Assembly (NCBI GenBank): GCA_002011085.2
Contig: MTMB02000001.1
Location: 41,820 to 105,819, forward strand
From: Candidatus Geothermarchaeum rappei
GTDB taxonomy: Archaea > Thermoproteota > Nitrososphaeria > Geothermarchaeales > JDFR-13
Reading direction: 5' to 3'
Length of the DNA: 64,000 bases
The position numbers and the translations under genes are program-made. The number at the start of each line of letters is the position of its first letter. The first letter of the stretch is position 1. The notes below the pieces were generated by a model, which did no database searches, was not told where the DNA came from, and saw only the letters and a list, made by a program, of their open reading frames with translations. Shown here piece after piece: positions 10,218-20,309 of the stretch.

Positions 10218-10963
10218 GTATAATCTTAAAAGTAGTTGAAGTAACAAAGAGGTTTGGAGGAATTACAGCCGTAAAAAATGTATCGTTTGATGTTAAGGAA
10301 GGGGAGATAATAGCCATCGTAGGCCCGAATGGGGCGGGGAAAACAACACTATTAAATATAATAAATGGTTTTGTGAAGCCTGATTCAGGCAAGATATACT
10401 TTAGGGATAGGGATATCACTGGCCTACCTCCTTATAAGGTGTCTGAATTGGGCATTGCAAGAACTTTTCAGACTCCTAGGCCTATACATAAGCTCCCCAC
10501 TGTTTATAACATTATTGTCCCCTTAGTTTCTCCAAGGATTAAAAAGACGACTGGATGGTTTGGTGATGAATTGGTTAGGGCGATTGACATTCTGGAAGAA
10601 GTGGGGTTCGAGCGTAATTCAGAATATCTATGGAAACCCGCTGGCCAATTACCTCATGGTTATCTAAGGCGGGTCGAGTTAGCAAGGGCATTGGCTTTAA
10701 GGCCAGAGATGATTCTGTTTGACGAGCTTTTCTCGGGGCTAAGTAGCCCAGAGGTCAGGAGCATCATTCCGCTATTAATGAAGCTTAAGGAACGTGGATT
10801 AACTCTTCTAATGGTTGAGCACAGGGTTAAAGATGTTTCTGAGATAGCCGATAGAGTTGTGGTATTGCATAAGGGGGAGAAGATTGAAGAGGGTCCGCCT
10901 GATGTAGTCCTCAAGTCTAAGAAAGTTCTTCAGGTATACTTGGGGGTTAGGGAAAGTGCTTGA
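10214..10963 (+). CDS. livG: Branched-chain amino acid ABC transporter ATP-binding protein
   Basis: Walker A GPNGAGKTT, Walker B ILFDE, H-loop VEH. Its start overlaps the livM stop by 4 nt. Confidence 0.85.
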   Translation: MSIILKVVEVTKRFGGITAVKNVSFDVKEGEIIAIVGPNGAGKTTLLNIINGFVKPDSGKIYFRDRDITGLPPYKVSELGIARTFQTPRPIHKLPTVYNIIVPLVSPRIKKTTGWFGDELVRAIDILEEVGFERNSEYLWKPAGQLPHGYLRRVELARALALRPEMILFDELFSGLSSPEVRSIIPLLMKLKERGLTLLMVEHRVKDVSEIADRVVVLHKGEKIEEGPPDVVLKSKKVLQVYLGVRESA

Positions 10964-11705
10964 GCTAAAGGATCTTACTGTTTATTACGAAAATGCGATT
11001 GCAGTAAATAACGTGAATATAAATGTCAAGGAGGGGGAGATTGTAGCTGTATTTGGTCCAAATGGTGCGGGGAAAACTACACTGCTAAATTCTATATCTG
11101 GATTATTATATGAGCGGAGTAAGAGAGAGCTACAAAGAGGAGGAGAACGAATTACGATATTAGGGACGATAAAATTTAACGATGTGGACATAACTTATTC
11201 TCCGCCCTGGGATCGTATTCGATTAGGCATAGCATTGTCTCCAGAGAGGAGGCGTGTTTTCTCTGAGATGACGGTATATGAGAATCTTCTTTCAGGAGCC
11301 TATCTGAGACGGGATAAAGATAAGGTTAAGAAGGATCTAGAGTTCATTCTGGACCTGTTTCCATCTCTTAGGGATCGGCTGAACCAGTTAGCGGGGTTTT
11401 TAAGCGGTGGAGAGCAACAGATGTTGGCGATAGGGCGTGCTTTGATGACTAATCCTAAGTTATTGATGCTTGATGAACCTCTACTTGGCCTCGCCCCAAT
11501 AGTACAGCTGGATCTTCTTGAAAGGATTAGGAAAATAAATGTTGAGAGAGGCACCTCTATTTTAATAGCTGAACAATATGTCTCGCCAACAATTGAGTTT
11601 ATAGACAGGGGGTATATTATGGAGACAGGCGTAATTACAATTGAAGGGACTAAAAATGAACTGCTAGAGAATCCTCAAATAAAAACAGCTTACCTGGGAA
11701 TTTAA
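10956..11705 (+). CDS. livF: Branched-chain amino acid ABC transporter ATP-binding protein
   Basis: Walker A GPNGAGKTT, signature LSGGEQQ, Walker B LMLDEP. GTG start overlapping livG. Confidence 0.85.
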   Translation: MLELKDLTVYYENAIAVNNVNINVKEGEIVAVFGPNGAGKTTLLNSISGLLYERSKRELQRGGERITILGTIKFNDVDITYSPPWDRIRLGIALSPERRRVFSEMTVYENLLSGAYLRRDKDKVKKDLEFILDLFPSLRDRLNQLAGFLSGGEQQMLAIGRALMTNPKLLMLDEPLLGLAPIVQLDLLERIRKINVERGTSILIAEQYVSPTIEFIDRGYIMETGVITIEGTKNELLENPQIKTAYLGI

Positions 11706-11720
11706 TCCTCTTTAGGTGTA

Positions 11721-12338
11721 ATGCTAATGAATAAGGCTTCTTTCTATGAAAATAGACGTAAGCGTCTATGGGAGATGTATTGGAAGAATAATGATGGGAC
11801 CGACATTCTTCGACCTAACGGCTTCCGGGAATATCCCGAGGAAGTCTATAATCTATTCCTAGAGTTGATTGATCACGATGGTAAGGTTCTCGATTTAGGC
11901 TGTGGAAACGGTCTATTACTTCGTCATATAGTTACTAAAAGTAGGTATAAACTTATCCCGTATGGCATAGATTTTCTAGAAGACTCCATAATGCAGGCAA
12001 AAACAATGGTGTTGCCACAATATGCAAATAACTTTGTGGTTGGGAATATAGTTGACATAGATTTAGAAATAGAGAACTATGATTTCATCTTTTTCGATCC
12101 ATACAATGTGCATCCAGATGACCTTAATCAGACTATATATAAAATCATAGGTTCTTGTAGGAAGGGAGGTAAGGTTATATTCTATACATATAGAGATGTC
12201 CTTAGAATACTTAAGATAATAAATATCTTTAGGTTCAAGATTATTAGATGGGTAGGTGATTTATTGCCAAAAGATGTGTCCTCGAAACTTACCAGGATAG
12301 ATCATAAAGATGTCTCTATAGGCGTATTAAAAAAATAG
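11721..12338 (+). CDS. Class I SAM-dependent methyltransferase
   Basis: SAM-binding motif I VLDLGCGNG. 205 aa. Confidence 0.6.
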   Translation: MLMNKASFYENRRKRLWEMYWKNNDGTDILRPNGFREYPEEVYNLFLELIDHDGKVLDLGCGNGLLLRHIVTKSRYKLIPYGIDFLEDSIMQAKTMVLPQYANNFVVGNIVDIDLEIENYDFIFFDPYNVHPDDLNQTIYKIIGSCRKGGKVIFYTYRDVLRILKIINIFRFKIIRWVGDLLPKDVSSKLTRIDHKDVSIGVLKK

Positions 12339-12351
12339 GAATGGTATGATT

Positions 12352-13020
12352 TCACAAGTCCAGTAGTTCTTCTAATGTCCTAGCAATAAGTGTACGTGGA
12401 AGTATCACTGGTAAACCCGTGATATTTCTAATTCTCTCCTTAAGAGAGGCATTGTATCCTATACAATCAAGAACAATCAAGTCTACATGGGCCTGGCTGA
12501 ATCTCTCTGATAAATCCTGTATCTTATTTTCATTCACATCCTCATAGGGAGACATAACTTCAATTACCGGCTCTATCTTATTTCTCTTCCATTTCTCAAG
12601 GGCGATACCAACCTGCTCTTTCGAGGGTATAAGTACTCCAATTTTTCCTCTAGATATTATACTATATACCGTATTCTTTAGCAGTTTAGATGGCTCAATA
12701 ACAATCCTATTAGAATCTATATCGGGGAATTCCCCAGTGCATAGGATTACTATGATATGACATTCTTCCTCCAACTTCTTAATACATTCACGTACTCCCA
12801 TCAAAGCCCTCTTTACACTTATCTTTACTTGTCTTCCATTTCTTAACCTAGTTACAAATATATCTCCCTCCGTCGTTTCTATATCTCTAATCTTCTCTGG
12901 AAAATATCCGTCAAGGACTCCGCACTCCATTACCTCGATCCTAAGCTCTAAAATATTCTTTATCTCATTGATAACATCCTGCCTTGGGGATTGACCTATT
13001 GTTATGAAACCGATTTTCAT
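12352..13020 (-). CDS. AroM family protein (function unknown; Asp/Glu-racemase-like fold family)
   Basis: N-terminus MKIGFITIGQSPRQD and the 222-aa size match my memory of the AroM family (Pfam PF07302). Recognised from memory only. Confidence 0.55.
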   Translation of the reverse strand: MKIGFITIGQSPRQDVINEIKNILELRIEVMECGVLDGYFPEKIRDIETTEGDIFVTRLRNGRQVKISVKRALMGVRECIKKLEEECHIIVILCTGEFPDIDSNRIVIEPSKLLKNTVYSIISRGKIGVLIPSKEQVGIALEKWKRNKIEPVIEVMSPYEDVNENKIQDLSERFSQAHVDLIVLDCIGYNASLKERIRNITGLPVILPRTLIARTLEELLDL

Positions 13021-13035
13021 CTACTACCATCTTCC

Positions 13036-13983
13036 TCATGTATCTACATTGTGTCGGGTTCTAAAAACATGTGCCATGTCACCGTACATCTTAACTAATT
13101 TAGTATATTCCTCTTCGTCATAAAACAGACAATCGCCTGAGGTAAAGTCCTTCGCAACTTCTACACAAAATCTAGTGGCCGCCTCCAAGGCATTTACATA
13201 ATTTGATCCTGTTCCACAACCCGGTACAGGGACTCTGGCCGTTGTAGCTACGCCTACAACAGGCGCGTCCGTTGCTAACCAGGGAAGCATTATGCTGTTA
13301 ATGTGATATACACCGCTTTCAAACGGGGTAATATCCTGCATAGTAATCGGAACTACAGAAACCACGTCTCCTACTACCCTTTCATATATGTCGATGAGAT
13401 CTTCACTTACTTTGAGTATCCAACCTTTTTTAACTGTCGGTGTAATCGCAAACCCCTGCACTTTAATAACCCTGTTTCCCTTAGTAGCATCCACTGATAA
13501 GACAGCGTCCATAGCAGGATCAACTTCACACCGTGATATCTCCATAATATCTACAGGCGGAGTTACAAACGGCACAGGTCTATGGGGTAAAATGGGTGAG
13601 GATGGTGAGATATGAGTAGTTATAATTACATCTCCCTCAATTACATCTCCTCTATTCCTCATCTCACCGATCTTTAATGCACTTGAAAGTGCAACTATTG
13701 CTCCATCGGCATCGGAAACTAGTCCCAGATATTTCGGCCTTACTCCTATACCACCTAATCTACCTATAATACCTAATGTAGGTGCATCGCCTCCACCCCA
13801 TTTTCCATGTTTACCGGGTATAATAATCTTTAACATATCTGTCTTGCTGTTTTCACCCTCCAAAGCATTTATCTCTATTTCACCAATCCCTCGGCCTTGG
13901 AGAAACGTCTTAACACGTTCTCCATCCACCTCCGGATCATCAAGTAGGTCAATAATCTCCATAACTTGTCTTAAACAAGACAA
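13036..13983 (-). CDS. Conserved hypothetical protein, probably DUF1177 family
   Basis: 315 aa, 15 nt upstream of the AroM gene. Size and the AroM neighbourhood fit DUF1177 (about 300-aa archaeal/bacterial proteins). Family call is from memory, not from an alignment. Confidence 0.4.
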   Translation of the reverse strand: MSCLRQVMEIIDLLDDPEVDGERVKTFLQGRGIGEIEINALEGENSKTDMLKIIIPGKHGKWGGGDAPTLGIIGRLGGIGVRPKYLGLVSDADGAIVALSSALKIGEMRNRGDVIEGDVIITTHISPSSPILPHRPVPFVTPPVDIMEISRCEVDPAMDAVLSVDATKGNRVIKVQGFAITPTVKKGWILKVSEDLIDIYERVVGDVVSVVPITMQDITPFESGVYHINSIMLPWLATDAPVVGVATTARVPVPGCGTGSNYVNALEAATRFCVEVAKDFTSGDCLFYDEEEYTKLVKMYGDMAHVFRTRHNVDT

Positions 13984-14003
13984 TTTTCATCACCTTTAGA
14001 GGT

Positions 14004-14025
14004 AGTTAATTAAAAACTATTAACT
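14004..14025. promoter_or_regulatory. Inverted repeat AGTTAAT-N8-ATTAACT upstream of the DUF1177-like/AroM operon
   Basis: Perfect 7-bp arms, 21-42 nt upstream of the minus-strand start at 13983. Confidence 0.25.
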
Positions 14026-14186
14026 CTCGATAATTTTTAACAATTTAAAACATATGTGATACAAAGATGCTTAAAATGGTATTTAGCCAAGATTTGGATA
14101 TATACCCAATAACTATGTTAAAGCTTTATATCAGTGGAAAAGGTATTCTATAGTAGAAGTTCTTCTCTGAAGGAGGGGACCGACAG

Positions 14187-15650
14187 ATGCCCCAGTTTAA
14201 TGTTCCAATTAAAGAAGTAGATAGATATGTCTGGGAAGTTCCTAAGACGTTTAAAAATGAGATGCGTGTACCAACCAGGATATATGCAAGTAGATCTCAG
14301 CTTAATAAGATGATGATGGACAAGACAGTCTGGCAAGGTACCAATGTATCCTCGTTGCCTGGGATATATAAGTTTGCCATAATCCTACCAGATGGTCATC
14401 AAGGCTATGGTTTCCCAATAGGTGGTGTTGCAGCGGTAGATGCAGAGGAGGGGGTAATCAGCCCTGGTGGAATAGGATATGACATAAACTGTGGCGTTCG
14501 TGTTATGACTACAAACTTAGATGAAAAAGACGTCCTGCCCCGCTTGAAGGACCTTGTGGACACGTTATTTAGAAATGTGCCGGCAGGCCTTGGTAGTCGT
14601 AGGAGAGATTTTAGAGTCAGTTTTAGAGAGCTTGACGAGGTTGCACGAGGAGGCGCCCAATACATAATTGAGAAGTTTGGCTTAGGTTGGGACGAGGATA
14701 TTGATCACATTGAGGAACGAGGGCGTATGGAAGGAGCCGACCCATCTAAAGTGAGTCAGAACGCTAAGAAGAGGGGGGTTAATCAGCTTGGGACGCTCGG
14801 GAGTGGCAATCATTTCCTTGAGATCCAGCATGTTGATAAGATCTATGATGAGAGAATAGCTAAACAACTAGGTATAACACATGTAGGCCAAATAACGGTT
14901 ATGGTGCATACAGGTAGCAGAGGCTTTGGCCATCAAGTCTGTGGAGACTATCTAAAAATAATGGACCGCTTAGTCCATCGTTTAGGAATACGGTTACCCG
15001 ACAGAGAACTGGTGTATGCCCCTCTAGGAAGTCGTGAGGCGGAGGACTACCTCAAAGCCTTTAAGGCTGCAGTTAACTTCGCCTTTGCAAATAGACAAGC
15101 TATTAGTCACTGGGTTCGGCAAAGTTTCGAGCAAGTATATAAACAAAGCGCGGATTCACTTAGCATGAAACTCGTATATGACGTTGCTCACAACATAGCT
15201 AAACTTGAAGAGCATACGGTTAATGGCAAAAAAGTAAAAGTATATGTACATAGAAAAGGCGCTACCAGATCGCTTCCCCCAGACCATCCGTTAGTGCCAA
15301 AAGACTATCGGAGTATAGGTCAGCCAGTACTAATACCTGGGAGCATGGGCACAGCTAGTTATATACTCATTGGTGTGCCCAAAAGCTTGGAAATAAGCTT
15401 CGGTTCAGCACCACATGGAAGTGGGAGAGTCATGAGTAGAGCGGCTGCAAAAAGAGCATACAGAGCTGATGCCCTAGTCCATGAGCTACGGAGAAAAGGT
15501 ATATTAGTTAGGGCAGAGAGTAGGGCAACCTTGGCTGAAGAGAGTCCAGGTGCATATAAGGACTCAGATGAAGTAGCTGAAGTTGCTGAGGTTGTTGGGT
15601 TAGCCAAACGTGTGGTGCGGTTAATGCCTTTAGCGGTTGTTAAAGGTTAG
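14187..15650 (+). CDS. rtcB: RNA-splicing ligase RtcB (3'-phosphate/5'-hydroxyl RNA ligase)
   Basis: Motifs GYDINCGVR, GSGNHFLE and HTGSRGFGHQV. 487 aa. GGAGGGG Shine-Dalgarno-like sequence 8 nt upstream of the ATG. Confidence 0.92.
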   Translation: MPQFNVPIKEVDRYVWEVPKTFKNEMRVPTRIYASRSQLNKMMMDKTVWQGTNVSSLPGIYKFAIILPDGHQGYGFPIGGVAAVDAEEGVISPGGIGYDINCGVRVMTTNLDEKDVLPRLKDLVDTLFRNVPAGLGSRRRDFRVSFRELDEVARGGAQYIIEKFGLGWDEDIDHIEERGRMEGADPSKVSQNAKKRGVNQLGTLGSGNHFLEIQHVDKIYDERIAKQLGITHVGQITVMVHTGSRGFGHQVCGDYLKIMDRLVHRLGIRLPDRELVYAPLGSREAEDYLKAFKAAVNFAFANRQAISHWVRQSFEQVYKQSADSLSMKLVYDVAHNIAKLEEHTVNGKKVKVYVHRKGATRSLPPDHPLVPKDYRSIGQPVLIPGSMGTASYILIGVPKSLEISFGSAPHGSGRVMSRAAAKRAYRADALVHELRRKGILVRAESRATLAEESPGAYKDSDEVAEVAEVVGLAKRVVRLMPLAVVKG

Positions 15651-15758
15651 GGTCCGCGCGTATATCAACGTAATCGCCATGAGAAAGTAATTAGCTAGAC
15701 TTTCCTTTATAGGGCCAGATAAAAAAAGATGGAAAAGCCCCTCTATTTAGATAGTCTT

Positions 15759-16256
15759 CTACAGGCTAGTTGCTCTAACAAAGTTGGTATACGTAACTAT
15801 GCGGACTGATGAACCTGATATATCAATGTAACGCTCCATTAATCTCATTGACAGCGTACCATCAGGATATATATAAATTATTGCTGTAAACCTATCCAGA
15901 AAGGTAATCTCTGGGTCATGTGATATATATAATCTTGTAGCATATATGAAGACCATGTTCGAATTGTTTATCATTTTCCTGATATCCAGTGTAAACGTCA
16001 GATTCACATATCCTTGTAATTGAAGTTCTAGACTCAAAGTATTATTGTCATATATCGTTAGAAAGACAGTTGCAGGATATGATTGACTATTAATGATAGA
16101 AGCCTTTCCGTTTATGAACTCAACTCCCCGCTCATAAGATGACCCTGTGAATACCTGTGAATATACTGGCTGACCCTGTGCGGAGACCTTGGCAATAGGC
16201 GTTGCAGCGAGTAGCAAAACAACAGCTAGAACACATACCACAATTAACCTCTTCAA
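15759..16256 (-). CDS. Hypothetical secreted protein
   Basis: N-terminal signal peptide MKRLIVVCVLAVVLLLAATPIAKVSA. Several N-x-S/T sequons. No family recognised. Confidence 0.45.
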   Translation of the reverse strand: MKRLIVVCVLAVVLLLAATPIAKVSAQGQPVYSQVFTGSSYERGVEFINGKASIINSQSYPATVFLTIYDNNTLSLELQLQGYVNLTFTLDIRKMINNSNMVFIYATRLYISHDPEITFLDRFTAIIYIYPDGTLSMRLMERYIDISGSSVRIVTYTNFVRATSL

Positions 16257-16469
16257 GTAAAAAACCTCCTAATAGAATATATAATTAGATCATAATTGCA
16301 AATATAATTAAATATATAAATACGCGATAATAGAAAATGGAAAATCTCTCTTGACATGCTGATATGACATTTACTAATATTGATTTATCTCAAATTATTC
16401 AGGGAAACTAGGAAGAATTTGCGATCAACGTTTTAACTTTTTTTTAAACTAGTATTCCTCTTTATACTT

Positions 16470-16497
16470 GTTAATACTATATATTTAAAGTATTAAC
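16470..16497. promoter_or_regulatory. Inverted repeat GTTAATACT-N10-AGTATTAAC bracketing a TATA-like element upstream of the V4R gene
   Basis: Perfect 9-bp arms. The spacer ATATATTTAA is TATA-like. The repeat ends 45 nt upstream of the ATG at 16542. Confidence 0.3.
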
Positions 16498-16541
16498 ATA
16501 TCGTAATCTTAATATACACCTAATATAAAAATTGGATACGC

Positions 16542-17336
16542 ATGAGTCATCAAAGGAGGCTTTGCAATTTCGTATATAAAGGGGAGGAGAGGCTAATAGG
16601 TTTAGAGATTTTTCTAAAGTCAAAAAAAGATTCTTTTATTCCTATAGGGGATATCGAACATATCCTCTCCTCTTTCAACAGTAAGATACGTCATATAGAG
16701 TGTTCCTCCAGTAAGGAGGGCGAGACTCTAGTCTTTATTGTTGTTAAGATGGAGGGAGAAAACATGAAGTTAGATAAGTTAGTGGACGCCTTGAAAAAGG
16801 ATCTACGGGATGTCTCAAAGGTACAACTCTCTCCATCAGTGTGGAATCAGTTCATCTTCTCAAGGGACTTGTTCCCATTGATGGTAGGTGACAATAGAGC
16901 GGCTATATTGGACAACGTTTTTCTCGAATCCATGATCACAGGGGCAAGAGAATCATTAGGTGAAGAACTTGCTGCATCACTAGCATATCACTTAGGAGTA
17001 TTAGCTGGAAGAGAGGGCTTCGAGAGATATTATCTAGGAAAAAATCTTGCTGATGTAGATGAGGTGTTTAGATTCTCAGATGCTATACTAAGTTCTTATG
17101 GATGGGGACGTATACTTGAGTACGAATTTAAGAAGGACGCATTGATTATCAGAGTGGAAAAGCTCTTTGAATGTGAAGTGCTAAAGGATAAAGTTGACAA
17201 GCCAGCCTCCTCATTTTTCCGTGGGTTAATGGAGGGCTTCGCATCTAAATACTTCGGTACATCAGTAGTAGTTAAGGAGACTAAATGTATTGCTGTGGGC
17301 GATCCCTATTGTGAGTTCGTAGTCTCAATAATATAA
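16542..17336 (+). CDS. V4R (4-vinyl reductase) domain protein with an N-terminal ACT-like region
   Basis: The C-terminal ...KCIAVGDPYCEFVV is characteristic of V4R small-molecule-binding domains. Confidence 0.5.
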   Translation: MSHQRRLCNFVYKGEERLIGLEIFLKSKKDSFIPIGDIEHILSSFNSKIRHIECSSSKEGETLVFIVVKMEGENMKLDKLVDALKKDLRDVSKVQLSPSVWNQFIFSRDLFPLMVGDNRAAILDNVFLESMITGARESLGEELAASLAYHLGVLAGREGFERYYLGKNLADVDEVFRFSDAILSSYGWGRILEYEFKKDALIIRVEKLFECEVLKDKVDKPASSFFRGLMEGFASKYFGTSVVVKETKCIAVGDPYCEFVVSII

Positions 17337-17483
17337 AATATCCCTTAATCTACAGTACATCATATCACGCCAACATCAAATGGAGTTAATAGGAAGCTCT
17401 AGTCTATCTAATAATAATTTAAAACAGTTTCCTTGTTAAACTTATCATTTTCATGATATAATTCTACTTTATTGTGGTTATAT

Positions 17484-18182
17484 ATGAGAGTCTCATCTCG
17501 TTATGTTGCTGGGAGAATAGACCACACATTTTTAAAAATTGATGTTGACATGACATCTCTTGAGAATTTTGTAAGGGAAGGTATAGAATATGGGGTGAGG
17601 GCCCTAGTAGTTACACCTTCTAATGTTAGGATAGTTAAGAATTTGGCATATAAAACAGATATAAGAGTTGTCTCGGTCATAGCATTTCCATTTGGCCAAA
17701 CCTCATTAGACACAAAAATAGACGAGATCGGCTTCTGTGTTGATGAGGGCGTTGATGAAATTGATATAGTACTTAACACTGCAGTGCTTAAAATGGGTAA
17801 TATAGAGCATTTTCGTGAAGAGGCAAGGAACATCTCCATATTTATGAGGAGTGAATATCCTGATATCATAGTGAAATACATTGTGGAGGTGACTATTCTC
17901 TCAAATGAGTTGATTAGAAAAGCTGTTGAGGCTGTTAACATAGCAAAGCCACATTATTTCAAGACTTCTACAGGATTCGGTCCAAGGGGAACCACGCCTG
18001 AAGATGTCCGGTTCATTAGAAAAATACTTTTACCAGAGATACGTATTAAGGCATCGGGAGGCATAAGGACGCTTGACCAGTTTCTTTCTCTTATCGATGC
18101 TGGCGCGGATATTATTGGGTCAAGTAAGGGGGTGGAAATAGTTAAGGAAGCAATAGAAAGGAGTGAAGGACAGGATACTTAG
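17484..18182 (+). CDS. deoC: Deoxyribose-phosphate aldolase
   Basis: Motifs IDHTFLK, FKTSTGF (Schiff-base Lys) and IKASGGIR. ATG at 17484 preferred over the TTG at 17472. Confidence 0.85.
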   Translation: MRVSSRYVAGRIDHTFLKIDVDMTSLENFVREGIEYGVRALVVTPSNVRIVKNLAYKTDIRVVSVIAFPFGQTSLDTKIDEIGFCVDEGVDEIDIVLNTAVLKMGNIEHFREEARNISIFMRSEYPDIIVKYIVEVTILSNELIRKAVEAVNIAKPHYFKTSTGFGPRGTTPEDVRFIRKILLPEIRIKASGGIRTLDQFLSLIDAGADIIGSSKGVEIVKEAIERSEGQDT

Positions 18183-18252
18183 GTTGCCTAAATACATCTT
18201 AATAACTTAATTTCACAAATGGTAAATTGTTAAGATAAAGAGGAGATAGCTG

Positions 18253-19107
18253 ATGCCAAGAGAATGGTCAATTGGTATACCTTCATCATTCACAGCAAAC
18301 CTGAATTCAATAATACAGAGGACGACTGCAGCGGCTCTAGTTGCCAGAGCAGCCGCGATATTTAGAGTTAAGAATATATATGTCTATCGGGATCCGATCA
18401 CAACTGATCCTGAGGTTCTTAGGCAGCTTATTAAGCTATTGCGGTATATAAATACTCCTCCCTATCTTCGTAAAGATATTTTTCCTCTAGATAGAGATCT
18501 CTCCTATGCCGGTATACTTCCTCCTCTAAAAACTCCTCTTCATAAGGAATGGATAGCTGTTAAGGATCTACAGCTACCCGAGGTCAGACTTGGACTTGTT
18601 AAAGGCAAATACTTTGGTAAATACATAGTGGATGTAGGCTTGGATAAATACTTGGTGGTGAGGGAAGAGGTAAACATTGGCAGTATAGTGCCTGTGGAGC
18701 TCGAGAAAGTTAAGGGCAAATATATCTGGGGCCGTGTACTTGAGGAAGAGGAGTTGGATGAACGTGGGATATACCCTGGATACAAAGTTATTAGAGTTAA
18801 AAATAAGCTACCTGAGTTTCTAAGGAGATTCAGTGGACTAGTTATAGGTACATCTAGAAAGGGTGATCTAGTCACAGAGAAATATGAGTCTCTTAGGCAT
18901 GACCTCAATAAAGCGGATAAAGTACTTATTTTATTTGGATCTTTCGAGTATGGATTGGACAGAATACTTGAGTATTACGATATGGCCCCTGAAGACGTGT
19001 GTAATTATTACATAAACTTAGCGCCAGATCAGGGAGTCTCCACAATCCGTATGGAGGAAGCAGTGCTAATTGCCTTATCAATTTTTAGATTTATTGAAAA
19101 CATGTAA
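18253..19107 (+). CDS. Putative SPOUT-superfamily RNA methyltransferase (DUF171-like)
   Basis: 284 aa immediately upstream of rpl3. Overall sequence resemblance to the DUF171 family. GAGGAG upstream of the ATG. Confidence 0.5.
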   Translation: MPREWSIGIPSSFTANLNSIIQRTTAAALVARAAAIFRVKNIYVYRDPITTDPEVLRQLIKLLRYINTPPYLRKDIFPLDRDLSYAGILPPLKTPLHKEWIAVKDLQLPEVRLGLVKGKYFGKYIVDVGLDKYLVVREEVNIGSIVPVELEKVKGKYIWGRVLEEEELDERGIYPGYKVIRVKNKLPEFLRRFSGLVIGTSRKGDLVTEKYESLRHDLNKADKVLILFGSFEYGLDRILEYYDMAPEDVCNYYINLAPDQGVSTIRMEEAVLIALSIFRFIENM

Positions 19108-19297
19108 TAGTTTAAAATAAAAATCCTCGTGAAACCACTTATACTAACTTCTTTATTTAGATAAAGGTTATAAATATGCTTGTTCTTATAGGTTGATGAG
19201 CGGATTTGGAATATATGTAGTGTGATATATAACGTAGCAATGTAAAAAATATAAATACAGCGTGTATATGGTGTTGTAGATAGTAAGGTGGAATGGA

Positions 19298-20299
19298 ATG
19301 GGTGCAAGAAAAAAACATGCTCCAAAGAGGGGGTCGCTGGCTTTCAGTCCTAGAAAAAGAGCCCGTTCTCTAAACCCCGTTATAAAATACTGGCCTAAAT
19401 TAGATGTCGAAGGAGTTAAGCCGTTGGGGTTCGCGGGTTATAAAGCTGGTATGACTCACGTATTCTACATTGATAATTATCAATATAGTCCCTATGCTGG
19501 TCAGGAGGTTTTCTCGGCGGTAACTATTGTGGAGACTCCTCCTCTTAGGGTAATAGGGTTAACAAGTTATGTTGTAGATATAGTTAATAATCGACTTGTT
19601 AATTTTAAGACGGCGTATGCCGAAGAGGTCCCGCCATTTATAAAGAGGAGGATAGTGACATTCTCCTCATCAACAGCTAAAAAGAATCTGGAGGAGATTG
19701 AGGCTAATCTTGATAAGATTAAGGTGCTGCGTCTATTGGTATCCACTCAACCTGTTTTAGCCGGTATACATAAAAAGACTCCGGAGGTTTTCGAACTACA
19801 ATTAGGCGGTGTGTCATCTATAGAGGAGAAGTTCAACTATGCCAAGGAACGGTTAGGTGGCGAGATCCCGGTTGATGAGGTTTTCAAGCCTGGGGATGTT
19901 ATCGATGTTATAGCGGTGACTAAGGGTAAGGGCTTCCAGGGACCCGTGAAGAGATGGGGTATAAAACTTCTATCCCATAAGGCGCGTAAATCTAGGCGTA
20001 AGCCTGGAGCCCTAGGCCCGTGGAAACCGACTGCGACTAGATACACTGTTCCACTGGCTGGTCAAACTGGTTTTCATAGAAGAACAATTTATCACGTAAA
20101 GATACTGGATATTAAGAAACCTGAGGATTTTGATCATCCTCTGTCATTTAGACGCTATGGAATGTTGAAAAACCAGTTCCTCTTCTTGAAGGGATCCGTC
20201 CCAGGGCCTGCGAAACGGCTAATTAAGATGAGGTTTACAGTGAGGCCTGTTAGAGAGGAGTTTACACAGCCTGTGGAGATAACATATATAAACTTATGA
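19298..20299 (+). CDS. rpl3: 50S ribosomal protein L3 (uL3)
   Basis: N-terminus MGARKKHAPKRGSLAF..., FQGPVKRWG motif, operon position. Confidence 0.95.
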   Translation: MGARKKHAPKRGSLAFSPRKRARSLNPVIKYWPKLDVEGVKPLGFAGYKAGMTHVFYIDNYQYSPYAGQEVFSAVTIVETPPLRVIGLTSYVVDIVNNRLVNFKTAYAEEVPPFIKRRIVTFSSSTAKKNLEEIEANLDKIKVLRLLVSTQPVLAGIHKKTPEVFELQLGGVSSIEEKFNYAKERLGGEIPVDEVFKPGDVIDVIAVTKGKGFQGPVKRWGIKLLSHKARKSRRKPGALGPWKPTATRYTVPLAGQTGFHRRTIYHVKILDIKKPEDFDHPLSFRRYGMLKNQFLFLKGSVPGPAKRLIKMRFTVRPVREEFTQPVEITYINL

Positions 20300-20309
20300 G
20301 GTGGATGTG

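Noticed and set aside
16321-16420. Possible replication origin in the 285-bp AT-rich spacer (GGAAA-containing strings AATGGAAAATC and TTCAGGGAAACT loosely resembling ORB cores)
   Set aside because: There are only two weak, same-orientation matches. There are no inverted ORB pairs flanking an unwinding element, and the site is not adjacent to the Orc1/Cdc6 gene. It is more simply explained as two divergent promoters.
19194-19199. Possible C/D box sRNA upstream of rpl3 (UGAUGA C-box-like hexamer). A similar TGATGA occurs at 3456-3461.
   Set aside because: No CUGA D or D' box, and no terminal stem, lies within a plausible 50-70 nt downstream in either case.
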